Positions 45,301 to 55,381 of a DNA stretch of 64,000 nucleotides are shown in pieces. The notes beneath the pieces are model-generated. The model did not search any database. It was not told the origin of the DNA and was given only the letters and a program-made list of their open reading frames with translations. Position 1 is the stretch's first letter, and each line of letters opens with the position of its first letter. The translations under genes and the position numbers were made by a program. The DNA is from Histomonas meleagridis 2922-C6/04-290x (taxonomy: Eukaryota; Protista; Parabasalia): positions 222-64,221 of the forward strand of contig JAANOX010000008.1 of assembly GCA_020184695.1 (NCBI GenBank), in the 5' to 3' direction.

Positions 45301-45506
45301 AAAAGTCGGCAAAGTTTAAGTGGATAGCGAAGTTGTCGCACACGTGTAATAAGTTGAAAAAGGGAAACAGCGAAAGGTTCAAAATGTGCTTGTGCATACT
45401 GTCGCCAGGAGTGTTTAACGTGGGAAACTTAATGGTGACTACGCAGAGGAAAAATGCATCGCAGACAATGGTAAACGCATCGCATTATATACACGCAATT
45501 AATTGA
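42354..45506 (+). CDS. TRAPPC8: TRAPP III subunit TRAPPC8/Trs85
   Basis: TPWFLWLRQY..SRGEYQDTPFMFLFIC, RRKVALHFLTAAISYHKSGIKGHDIRCF and IVCGEESSLLIPFINF, followed by Ig-like domains. Confidence 0.8.
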   Translation: MFSHASDFEELIKNNTAPCMVVVIDPNLKKSIVSTGKSFFQMILDYRNNDTNPYLIDGKKFYYRAYLSEEFLQKKDPVGTHDKIIQAFTDFGSLFCNQDFYKNFSITIPEGFNEKYPDFHLNSTFPLSSYMTHTPWFLWLRQYVFNELRFSRGEYQDTPFMFLFICDSSNVSKVNQIKQEFFGQDLPDIRNYQDPAENRRFYSNIKSSLILYYEKDPPHITQKIKDSFQVISLFGPNDNEEKLIEIIQKLIESHFVANYRTLSYKFNKYSQKKGLFRDRFTFNDLLTYLTLEYSLGNYEKASEAVEFLTQKSSAKEVIEYTSFIQGICFMMLHKDDATLKEFKANLAKLVTKQFIRKVSIVKRVSRILTFFSALELYTFNPNSLSKLFYQIDKCSKLTKFWQFSLLLKGLWYEEMALTCIKFGCRRKVALHFLTAAISYHKSGIKGHDIRCFANTQSLILNNNKQGPEPCYICGKIDDSKFVPTSPYWQNLSNFALWKLAQSSIKIKGFKTWLDIILVLMASPSNNLVPDEKIFSLFHAYFHKCGIGETLTVTDIPFITIDHENIKHSSYGDFASKDYNEKDFQELIQHHNLQYRNVSNNFSLWNTPKSKDHKRISIVCGEESSLLIPFINFRKRASINLDQIRLQSPENNIISHFSEESVSLRPNTRQILKVKFTASTPTEFVINRINFMYWYIVKDSLPLRNFSFIALNNRPSLRINLINFPKHLMESQYSPFTLQIENFGTSDLTNLILIHNIPYWISIKDSYNIIERNNIMSCSLLKEPLKPNETINLECKIRGTKIGYKTIRMLFSFSDEKPFNWRHFPEERIIYIEKKESISHKFIQHPINYNQSILYCDVITQNNSLNINEVNVKGYKVTNNDKIEIQPNTSFTFMKEMNENDTNEFSEEMINKNYEKGYILANNKNGLYQFNIEGKIHNNYSLVFTIDAPSIVKLNNKEKVIDVYIIVHNIGIEESPQVKVAVMQKSAKFKWIAKLSHTCNKLKKGNSERFKMCLCILSPGVFNVGNLMVTTQRKNASQTMVNASHYIHAIN

Positions 45507-45969
45507 GTAAAAAGCGGATAATATGTTTCGAAAATGATTTTTCCAAACTTTCATTGCATTCATTCGCATACTGAATGAGAAAAATATGAATGGCGTTATC
45601 GGCGTTGTTGAATTAGAATGATCAGGGAGAGGCATAGCTATGAAAAGATTTCACTTGGATTCATATTAACTTTTAATGTGTATTAACTATGAAAAAAATT
45701 AACTTCACATAAATACTATTTTTTTTTATATAATATGAATTTTTAAAGCGAATTTCATAATAATAAGATACAATATTTTTCTTTAATTTTATGTTCAAAA
45801 TATAATATTTGTTATTGCATCGAATGTATTATTTGGTATAGTGACTGATTTATTTAAAACATTATTTTTGAGCATAAAAATTTTATTAAATTGATCAATT
45901 TCTAATATCATTATATTTCAAAATATAATAAAAGCATTAAAAAAATTCAGGCTTATACTGAATTCTTTG

Positions 45970-47457
45970 GTAGATTTTGATTGCCAAATTGCCACTGTTG
46001 TTCTTCCAATGCTTTTATTTGACCTTCATTTAATAACCCAAATATTGGATTCTCCGAGGCTCTCCTGCTAGTTCTTGTTGCTGATTTATGTGTTCACTTA
46101 ATACCTTCTCTGGTACCAATGTTATTCTTATCAATTCTCCATTTTGAATAATAGGAGAAAACCTGCATGTTTCCAACTTCACAATATTGTTTGTTCATTA
46201 CTTGCAATTTGCAATGCAGTATAAATTCTTTGAATTAACGCAGAATATTTTGAAACACCAATGAATGATTTACAAAACGGTTATCACCTCAATGCCTAAC
46301 GGTCTCACGGGCAAGGCATGGACAGTTTTGAGAAGAAATTGAATACTGTTTTAAGGTCTGTGGTGTTTTTTTCAATAATTTTTAAACATTTTCGCCCGAT
46401 CGACCAGGATCGAAACTCCAACATCTCAAAACACAAAGATTTTGCTCCACAATGAATTGGTGTTGATTGATCTTGCTCTGAGCTATCCAAAATTTTTTCA
46501 GAGATTGATAGAGACTAGTTTCTCCTGCTCAATATCCATAAAATAGACATGTTCTTGAAGGTCCTGTGTGCTGGATAATCACATCTCAAATTTGACATGA
46601 AGTGAGAAAATAAAGTATTACAAGGGATACAAAAAATTTGTTGAACGATATGTGAAATGTATACTTCAAACAGTGTTACACTGTTCTCCAATCTCAAATG
46701 CAATTCAATGAAATTATACAGAATTTAAACTCCTTTTCAACAACATTTAATCGAATGAAATTTAAGGTTAATGTCGAAATATTTCGTATCAATTCAAACA
46801 AATTCTTTAAGATAATCTGCAATTGGGATCGAAATTATCCTCTTTCTTTTTCACAATTTACTTGTTTTTTTGATGTCAATTCTTCAGGGATAACAATCTT
46901 CATTGAATTTAAATCACTATATTCGGAATATCCCATTTCATCAAGGTTTGCAACAAGATTTGTCCGAAGATCTACAATCATCAATGTCAATTCTATAGAA
47001 TAATTGTCGATATTTTTTTGGTGACGCGTCTAATCTTTCAATTTAAATTGGTTCCCCCCATATTGGTTCCACCATTTGGTCTTTGCGTATAATTGTTCCA
47101 AGTGTGTTAGAGGATATGGTAATGTTGTATGTCTCATATAGCTATTCGCTATGAATGAGTAAGTACAAAAAATGTTGTTTTCATGATCCTCACACGCCTC
47201 AGTGATGATATAAAGTAGGAATCTAGAATCGGTTGTCTTCCAATAGGATTTAGTCCGCCTTGTGAAATTTCACGTTTAGCTCTTTCGATGTGACTAGCGA
47301 TGGTTCCCTTCTTTTTGTGGAAGATATTGGCGATCGCCTGTAAAGAAAGGGATTTGCCATTTATGACCAAGTTGCTGATTTTATATATCTGTTCTCTTAT
47401 CGAAAAAGACCTAATGGTACATTCCTGTATATTAGAAATAAAAATTAAATATATCAT
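45970..47457 (-). mobile_element. Decayed pogo-like/DDE_1 transposase gene
   Basis: HTH-like SLQAIANIFHKKKGTIASHI, LVANLDEMGYSEY (46931-46954), and IYTALQIA..IL*SWKHAGF, with many stops and frameshifts. No TIRs were identified. Confidence 0.6.
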
Positions 47458-47775
47458 TTAATTCTTCTAATTAGATCTAATTTACTGAAAGATCAAGGCT
47501 TTCCAGCTTTAAAAGTGGCTTCTTGACCACTTCAATTAAAATGACGAATTTCTTTCAAATTTTGCACGATCACAGACGAATTTGTAAACAGATATTTTAC
47601 ATTCTGGTCGACAGGTTTTTCACCGCAGTCTATTTGATTTAAATAAAATAATTTCTTTATTATTATTATATAAAATAAGAGTAGTATTATTAATTGAATG
47701 AAAAATAATTGACGTAACTTACTTTTTTCTCCAATTGCAAAATAATTTAACGGTTTCTAATCGTTGTGAAATGTG

Positions 47776-50700
47776 ATGTGGAACATCCCTATGGACGAGG
47801 TTTTATCAAGAATTTCACAAATAAGCCAATCAAAGCATTTGATTATCGCTGAACAAGTGGTATTACCTGTTGTAATGGATATTGATAAATTCATTGTCCA
47901 TGGCATTTCTGAGGAAACTTTATTATCAATTCAAACTGCATTAACTTCATTACTCAAATCTAATGGAGGAGATATTAGCATTCAAAGTTCTTTAATAATA
48001 GGGTCAAAACTAGTGAAGGTTTTGAGTCTACAAAAAAATCCTCAAGTATGGGATATATTTAATTTCGTTATTTCCGACACAAAAGAATCAAATCTAATGG
48101 CCATTGGGTATATATGTCGTCATGAAGGCAATAAATTTAAAGCTCAACTTCCAAGATTTATTGAACATTTATTAGCCCAAAATTCATCACTTGAATTTCC
48201 TGTTTCATACTGTTTGCGATGTATTTTTAAACTTTCCTGTCAAATTTTAACTCCATATATTATTCCAACAATCAATTTTGCAAAGAAAACGATTTCACAT
48301 GGAAAACAAATAGCTATTGTTTCATGTATTAAATTACTTAAATCAATAATCTCGTTTTCGCAAGAGCAAGAACATCATGTAATAGAATGTATCAAATTAC
48401 TGATGAAAGAAGATCAATTACCATTTGTTAAAAATGAAATTTCATCTTTAATTGCACGTTGTGCGTTTTCTTCTTTATATCCCGAAATAGATCAAAAAGT
48501 AAAGAAAGAATCAGAATGGTCATTAAGTCAGCACCAGAAAGGAACATCAAAAAACCTCCAAAAACCGCTTCAGGTCCTTCAATTATTTCCTTCTCTTCTG
48601 AAAATGTCATTTCACCATTTTATTGACTTGTTTACTCCGTCACTTTTTGTGCAATATCAAATGGCTTTATATCAGTTTTCTTTAACTAAATGTCCAACAG
48701 AACTTGAAAAAATTGTGTCGATGTTAACTGTCGATACACGATATTCGTTATTTAAAGAAACATCATCAAATAATCCGTCATCAAAAGTATTAGAAACATT
48801 AAATATATTATGCCCAGATAATAATTCGATATATGAAGGAGCAGGAATTGCATTAATATTGTCGATTTCTAAAAACAAAAAATCAAGAAATTCGTCTATA
48901 TCGTTTTTTGAGAAGTTTACAAAAACCCACCCCAAAATTTCAATACATTTTTTTCATTCAATCATTATAAGTTTATCAAACCCTCCAATTTTGAATAGTA
49001 CGATAGAAAATGATTGTAAAGGTTATACAAAATTGGCAATTACAATATTAAATAATTTACCAAAAGTGAATGAAGTAATTGAAGCTAACAAACCGTTAAT
49101 TCGTCAATTTCTATATAATTCATTAAATAAACCTAATATGGAATCTAACATTGTTCCATATGCAATTTCATTATTAACTGTTTTACCTATTGAGTTTTCC
49201 AAAGAAGAATTTGTCACTAATTCAATTTCAGCGACTATAAATTACTTAAATAATTCAACCAATTTCCAAAAGAATCCGAAACACTATTTAACTTTAATTA
49301 AAAATGTTCTAAATTATCGACTTAAGTTTAATGATTCTACACAATCGAATAGTTTAATAATGATAATCTTAAGTCAAAAAATCGAAAATTTTTCGAATAA
49401 ATTATTAATAATTTTATCGAAGCTTTCACCTATTTCTGGTTTATCTGAATCGAATTTATTAATTATATTACGAATCATTTTAAGTCATACATTAAAATTA
49501 TCGCCAACATCTGAAATGTTAAAAACATTTGTTTCAAGATTATTGCCAACAGGTTTTGATTTATTAAAGATTAACAATGAATTAAATAATGAAAAAATTA
49601 AAGAACAAAACTTTTTGATTGAAATTATTAATAATATTCCAAATTTATTAAGTCAAATCAAACAAAAAGAAAAAGATAATATCATTGAACAATTATTAAA
49701 CATTAATAATATTAATAATACAGCTCATTTTATTATTTTGCAATTAAGTAAAAGTGAATATAATTTTAATTCCAAACAAATAAGTTTAATGTTTCAGTTA
49801 TTAAAATCAAATAATATTACACAATTACAAATCATTTCTGAATGTTTAAGTTATATATCTAAATATAACACAAAGTTAATTCCAATTATCTTTAAATATA
49901 TCTTTAAAAAAAAGAATATTTCATCATGTATCTTATTATCATCATTATATACACATATAAATATCTCTAATTCTGATATTTCTAAGTCAATAATATTCTT
50001 AAATTCATTAATAAAAGATAACCAATTATTACCATTTGTGATTCATTCTATTTCATCATTATTAATAAGGCATTCATATCAAATCGAAATTAATATATTA
50101 ATAAATCAATTTAATATATTATTCGATATATTAAATTCAGTAATATCATTACAACCAGTTATATTATATTTATGTAGTGAATGTTTTTCATTACTTATAG
50201 AGACAATTTCTATTGATTTAATTTCTAATAAAAATTTGTTTCAAGATATTATTTCATTAATATTAAGAAGTGTCGAATTTACTCCTATTTCATATAGTAA
50301 AGAAGCTTATTTTAAATGTTCAAATTCAATTATTGAATTCGCTCATCAATTTTATAAAGAAATACCTATTAAATTCCCAACATTTTTCGGAGTTTCTACT
50401 GTATTACAATTAAGTGCATGTGAAACTTTTATAAAATATTTAAATTTCGAACAAGTTAATCTCGATTTAAATAAAATCGTAAATCAAATCATATTTTTGT
50501 TGCAAAAAACTAATGATAAAAGAGCTTTTGATATGTTAATTTCATTATCAAACTTAACAACTGAAAAGAATTTGTTGTTTTGGATAACGATACTTCGGAA
50601 TATAATATTAACTAATTCATTATTCCAAAACATTGAAATCGAACCGAATTCAAATGTTAAAGAATGTGTATTAACAATATCTCTTAAGTTATTACCAATC

Positions 50701-52425
50701 ATTTCAAGGCAAATAAAAATACAAACAGAATTTCTTGATGATATAATATTAGCAGCTTCTAAGTCTATAGAAAGTGATCGAATTAATATACAATCTAAAG
50801 GATATTTAATTCTACAAAATGTTATCGAATTATTTAATAAGAAACTTAATGAAGATGGTGGACGAATTTTAGATCTTTATGATTCCCAATTTTTACAAGC
50901 AGTGAAAATAGGTTTCATAATTGATGACTTAGAAATATGTTGTGGATTTTTACTCTCTTATCTGAGTTTTAAAATCGATTCTTCAAATGTTATTAATGAT
51001 GATGAAAATAAAACAGAAATTTTAAAGGTTTATCTCAACGGATTAACTAAATGTAATCAACGAAATATCGATTATTATAAACTTGCTACACATCTTTGTA
51101 CTGTATCGAGAAAAGATTTAAAATTGGCGAATATGCTCTCGGAATTTTTAATAAAATTAATGCCAATATTTTCAGACATTATATATAAAGCTATAAAATT
51201 ATATAAGAATCAAAATAATTGGAAGAAATTATCAAAATTTAGGAATCTTTCAAGTGATTTCTTCGAAGAAATGTTACCTTCTTTTATATGGATAGGTTCT
51301 ATTTGTAATTTACCTTTTCCAATTGATACTTTAGTCTCATTTTTAATCATAGAGGCTAAGTATGGTAATGAATCTTGGATTATTAATGCTGCTTATAAAT
51401 CGATTCCAATTGTTTTAGAATATTTTGGTGATAAAATTTCAACCGATTTAATTGAATTGATTTTGCGGTTAGCGGTTGAAATGAAAGGTGAATTCTTTAA
51501 CGACATAATATTAAGTTGTAGTAAAGCTTTAAAGGAAACAAATGATTATGATCGAATTAGAGAAGAAATTTTATATATTTCAATGAATTTAAACTTCGAT
51601 TCTAAAGTAATTTGTTATATTTTATATAGTGATAAGTCAAAATCTCTTCGTAAGTATTCATATTTCATTTCTTTACAAATTATTAAACAATTTATGAATA
51701 ACAAAATTAATGATGAAAAAGCTTTTGCTATTTTCGCACTTCTTTTTTATCATTCACCAGAAATTGTAGGAGAGACAGTCGAAAAAATTATTTCTCTTCC
51801 TCAAAATTATTCGAATTTTAAAATTAATTTATTAAAAATAGGTTTACCAATAGCGAAAGGTTCGATTCCATTAAAAATTATTTCAAGATTTTGTGTCGAA
51901 ATGTTCAAAAAAGGCGGAATGAATTTAATTGGGTATGTTTTAGTTAAAAATCCGAACATCGGATTGGCGCTTCTTAAAAATGGTAACGCTAAAGCAGCGT
52001 TTTTACTTTGTTCAAACGATTTAAATAACTCGAAAACATTTCTTCGTTTCATTCATCATTGTTTTGACGTGGCGGCTGGTAACGATAGAGATTTGGCAAA
52101 AAGTTTTGCAAAATGTCTCATCCAACTTGTGATAAGAGTTATATTGAACTTTGGTAAGGATGCGCAAAGAGGATTTCAAATAGTTTCTCTTTGTATTCAT
52201 ATTCTTCATGAAACAACTAAAACTTTGGGTAACGATGAATTCGAGTTAATATTTAATTCAATTTCCGAAAACGAAAAAGTTAATCTTATTAATATACTTG
52301 GCGCACAGATCCAAAAATCAGAAATACGAAAGAAAAGTGCAAAACTTTCCGAATTTTCTAACGCAGCTCGGGCAAGAAAAACTACAGAAGATGAATGGCA
52401 AACGGTTGAAGTAGAAATTATATAA
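47776..52425 (+). CDS. HEATR5/Laa1-like AP-1 accessory HEAT protein
   Basis: ~1550 aa HEAT protein with MAIGYICRHEG..QLPRFIEHLL, QPVILYLCSECFSLLIETI and RILDLYDSQFLQAVKIGF, recalling HEATR5. Start moved to ATG 47776 (47791 is also possible). Confidence 0.75.
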   Translation: MWNIPMDEVLSRISQISQSKHLIIAEQVVLPVVMDIDKFIVHGISEETLLSIQTALTSLLKSNGGDISIQSSLIIGSKLVKVLSLQKNPQVWDIFNFVISDTKESNLMAIGYICRHEGNKFKAQLPRFIEHLLAQNSSLEFPVSYCLRCIFKLSCQILTPYIIPTINFAKKTISHGKQIAIVSCIKLLKSIISFSQEQEHHVIECIKLLMKEDQLPFVKNEISSLIARCAFSSLYPEIDQKVKKESEWSLSQHQKGTSKNLQKPLQVLQLFPSLLKMSFHHFIDLFTPSLFVQYQMALYQFSLTKCPTELEKIVSMLTVDTRYSLFKETSSNNPSSKVLETLNILCPDNNSIYEGAGIALILSISKNKKSRNSSISFFEKFTKTHPKISIHFFHSIIISLSNPPILNSTIENDCKGYTKLAITILNNLPKVNEVIEANKPLIRQFLYNSLNKPNMESNIVPYAISLLTVLPIEFSKEEFVTNSISATINYLNNSTNFQKNPKHYLTLIKNVLNYRLKFNDSTQSNSLIMIILSQKIENFSNKLLIILSKLSPISGLSESNLLIILRIILSHTLKLSPTSEMLKTFVSRLLPTGFDLLKINNELNNEKIKEQNFLIEIINNIPNLLSQIKQKEKDNIIEQLLNINNINNTAHFIILQLSKSEYNFNSKQISLMFQLLKSNNITQLQIISECLSYISKYNTKLIPIIFKYIFKKKNISSCILLSSLYTHINISNSDISKSIIFLNSLIKDNQLLPFVIHSISSLLIRHSYQIEINILINQFNILFDILNSVISLQPVILYLCSECFSLLIETISIDLISNKNLFQDIISLILRSVEFTPISYSKEAYFKCSNSIIEFAHQFYKEIPIKFPTFFGVSTVLQLSACETFIKYLNFEQVNLDLNKIVNQIIFLLQKTNDKRAFDMLISLSNLTTEKNLLFWITILRNIILTNSLFQNIEIEPNSNVKECVLTISLKLLPIISRQIKIQTEFLDDIILAASKSIESDRINIQSKGYLILQNVIELFNKKLNEDGGRILDLYDSQFLQAVKIGFIIDDLEICCGFLLSYLSFKIDSSNVINDDENKTEILKVYLNGLTKCNQRNIDYYKLATHLCTVSRKDLKLANMLSEFLIKLMPIFSDIIYKAIKLYKNQNNWKKLSKFRNLSSDFFEEMLPSFIWIGSICNLPFPIDTLVSFLIIEAKYGNESWIINAAYKSIPIVLEYFGDKISTDLIELILRLAVEMKGEFFNDIILSCSKALKETNDYDRIREEILYISMNLNFDSKVICYILYSDKSKSLRKYSYFISLQIIKQFMNNKINDEKAFAIFALLFYHSPEIVGETVEKIISLPQNYSNFKINLLKIGLPIAKGSIPLKIISRFCVEMFKKGGMNLIGYVLVKNPNIGLALLKNGNAKAAFLLCSNDLNNSKTFLRFIHHCFDVAAGNDRDLAKSFAKCLIQLVIRVILNFGKDAQRGFQIVSLCIHILHETTKTLGNDEFELIFNSISENEKVNLINILGAQIQKSEIRKKSAKLSEFSNAARARKTTEDEWQTVEVEII

Positions 52426-53258
52426 AATAATTTTAATTTGCATTAAAACTGTCCAAATAAACTGTTGTAAAGTTAATACATATTTTTGTAATTTTTCTAA
52501 GTTATTAAACAAATTAAAGTGAACTTCAGACGGATATAACATGTCAAAAAAATCGCATAAACTATTCAAATAATTAAATAAAGTTATCAAAATATTTTAA
52601 TTTACTCTTACTTCATAAAAATTTGTTTGAAACAATACATCATATATGTTAAATATTCAATGTGAGCGTACACGTGGTGGTTATGATGAATATGTGGGTT
52701 ATCAATAACTGCATTTCAACTCCTGTAGCTGTTTCAATTGCGATATCTATTAAAAAAAATAGGATTAATAAGGCGAAAATAATGCTTTTATACTTTGGTT
52801 GTTCAAAATTAATATCACGTTTAGATGAAATTACCACGACACCCTCAAAATATTGGCTCAAAGATTTCTGTAGATCTATAGATATCTTTGTTTTCTCTCC
52901 TCAATTGAATAAATAAGAAGATCTTCTTGTGAATACTATGTAATTCTTACATTTTTTACAGAAATTAATTTGTTCTTGATCGCCAGATCTCTTCTAACAC
53001 AACAGTCGTTCCAAAACATTTGTATATTAAAACAATGGATGAGATACACACAATACAGTTCGAAAATCCAAAGATAATGGATGAATACTACAGTGAAATT
53101 TTTGCATGTGTAAATCAATAAAAATGTGTTTTTTTGTTCTGTACTAATAAAAATACTTTTCAAACTGGGCATTACATATTATAATATATTTGATTTTGGG
53201 TGTTGACGATCAGAAACCATTTTTTGAGTATATGACATGTTATGTGAAAATCAAGAAA

Positions 53259-54761
53259 ATGAACTTTGGAGAGGGGCTTCTTGCCTTTATGAATTCATTT
53301 CCTGAGGTAAACGCACTTGGCGCTACTTCGTTCATAGATTTTCGTGATGGTTTTGGAATTGCAACACTATGGAATTTAATATCAACACAAAAGATTGATA
53401 TTTCTTTATTAAAAAAACCATCAAATCAAAAAGATTCAATAACTATAATGAAAAATTTAAGGGCAATTGATCAAGTTATAGCACCTGTATTAACAGAGAG
53501 AGGAATCCGAGAAAGAGTCGAATTTACATCAATTTCATTTCAATCGAATGAAAATGAACTTATAAAATATGTATGCCCACTGGTTATTGTTGCTATTGCT
53601 TCCCCATTAAAGAAAGAAATTGTTGCGAGAATCAAAACACTTTCTTCACAAAATCAAAAGATAATAAAGGAAATCATCCAAAATTATACCGCAAAGAAGA
53701 AAGCACCTGTTGCCACAAGTTCCCAAACGACTGCTCCACAACAAAGCGCTCAACCTCCCAAACCGGAAAAACCGTCAAACGGACCCACCCAAATAACCGA
53801 AAAAATTGACAACCCAGAAATCAGGATCAAAAAACTAGAAATCGAAATATCACAATATAAGAAACAAATTCAAGATTATGAATCTAAGTTAGCTGAATTT
53901 CAAGGTCAAGCCAAACAAAATTCTACTAAAGTTGATCAAGCTCAATCAGATATCATTTCTCAAACCGAACAAATTTTATCAGAAGCAATCCTCTACAATG
54001 AAAAGAAGGTGAAAGAAATTGAACAATCTAAGTCTGAGAAAGAAACTCTTGAAAAAGAATATCAAAGATTAAAACAAACAATAAATTATCTTGAAACCCA
54101 TTCATCACAAGATAACAGTGAATCACAAAAGAAAAACCAATATCTTTCTTCCATAAAACTTCTTGATGAATCCCTTCGTGAGTATACATCTTTTAATTCC
54201 CAACATTCTTCTCTCCAATCACAACTCGATTCAATCAAAGAAGAAATCAACAAACTATCTGACCAAATAACATTCTACAAGGACGAGATAACGACTTCAA
54301 TTCTTCTTGCTGAAAAATATGGAACAATAACCGCTAACATTGAAATAACCGAAGAAACCGACACAACCGAAACCGTCACCGAACTTGCAAGCAGAATTTC
54401 CCAACTTGAAGCTCAGTTAGCTGTGTTACAAGATGGGCAAGTTAACGGCGACGATGGGGTTCCAAAGGAACTTGCTCAAGAACAGAAAGATCTGACGAAG
54501 ATTGTATCAAATTTGCTGAAAAGGAAAAAGCAACAAGAAAGTGCAGCAGAACAGTGCAAACAGTTACGTTCTGATCTTCAAAGAGTACAGCATATGATTG
54601 TTGACCAAAGGGAAGAAGTTGAAAATGAACTCGAAAAATTGACAGACGATATTAACGCAAAGAATGTTGAAATATCTGATTGGCTTTCGTTTTCAAGCTC
54701 GTTTGATTCATGGCGTAATTCACCAACGTACATTAACGAACTGAGAAATAAATATATTTGA
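53259..54761 (+). CDS. HOOK-family protein (N-terminal CH-like domain plus coiled coil)
   Basis: LLAFMNSF..DFRDGFGIATL..MKNLRAI..ELIKYVCPLVIVAI..KEIVARIKTLSSQNQKIIKEIIQ, then long heptads. ATG 53259 is preferred to TTG 53190. Confidence 0.7.
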   Translation: MNFGEGLLAFMNSFPEVNALGATSFIDFRDGFGIATLWNLISTQKIDISLLKKPSNQKDSITIMKNLRAIDQVIAPVLTERGIRERVEFTSISFQSNENELIKYVCPLVIVAIASPLKKEIVARIKTLSSQNQKIIKEIIQNYTAKKKAPVATSSQTTAPQQSAQPPKPEKPSNGPTQITEKIDNPEIRIKKLEIEISQYKKQIQDYESKLAEFQGQAKQNSTKVDQAQSDIISQTEQILSEAILYNEKKVKEIEQSKSEKETLEKEYQRLKQTINYLETHSSQDNSESQKKNQYLSSIKLLDESLREYTSFNSQHSSLQSQLDSIKEEINKLSDQITFYKDEITTSILLAEKYGTITANIEITEETDTTETVTELASRISQLEAQLAVLQDGQVNGDDGVPKELAQEQKDLTKIVSNLLKRKKQQESAAEQCKQLRSDLQRVQHMIVDQREEVENELEKLTDDINAKNVEISDWLSFSSSFDSWRNSPTYINELRNKYI

Positions 54762-55030
54762 TTTTTCTAATATCGAATTAAATGTATATTTAAACATATC
54801 GTTAAATTCATTAAAATCGAAGTTAAATAGCATAATTTTATATAGTCCCGGAAAGAAAAAAATACCCAAATTATAAATTGCGATAAATTTTATTAAATAT
54901 TGTAAATAATAATTGTTGATATATATTAATGAATTATAGAAATTCTTTTATTGACAAATATCAGTAAGGTAGGTATATAATGCGGTCGGGACGGATCCCG
55001 ATAATCCAAAAAAGACCCGGCCCCCGGCCT

Positions 55031-55360
55031 GTGACTAAAACGTATTTTTGTACTTCACAAAAAGAAAATAGTATTCCTCCTGAATTTGTCGATTCTCAAA
55101 ATCCTAGATATATAGTAGTGCAACAATGTAAGTGTAAATTTAAGGATTATTTAGTATCTGATGTTTCAATGCACGCTGATTTCATTGAACGTGACCATTA
55201 TGAAGATTATTTTTGTATTTATACGAATGAAAATAGAAATAAATATAAGAAATATGAAATTAAAAGTAGAAAACCAAATTTTAAAATATGGTTTAAAGAA
55301 ATGAATGGTAAAGAAATTGAACCAGAATATTTTATGTTAGAATTATTATTAATTTATTAT
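55031..55360 (+). pseudogene. Small (~110 aa) Maverick-type gene with lost start and stop
   Basis: TKTYF..PPEFVDSQNPRYIVV..SMHADFIERDHYEDYF..FKIWF..FMLELLLIY. The expected stop reads TAT at 55358-55360. Confidence 0.55.
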
Positions 55361-55381
55361 ATAAAAAATCATTTTTTATCA

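Noticed and set aside
45510-45660. Possible box C/D snoRNA downstream of TRAPPC8
   Set aside because: The box C match is poor, the spacing to CTGA is too short and there is no terminal stem.
52600-53180. Short ORFs between HEATR5 and HOOK
   Set aside because: They do not join in frame, have no motifs and show no convincing trichomonad intron signals.
3023-54761. Apparent clustering of trafficking, nuclear and HEAT/ARM genes as a functional cluster
   Set aside because: The functions are unrelated in detail and the orientations are mixed; large helical-repeat genes are common in these genomes.
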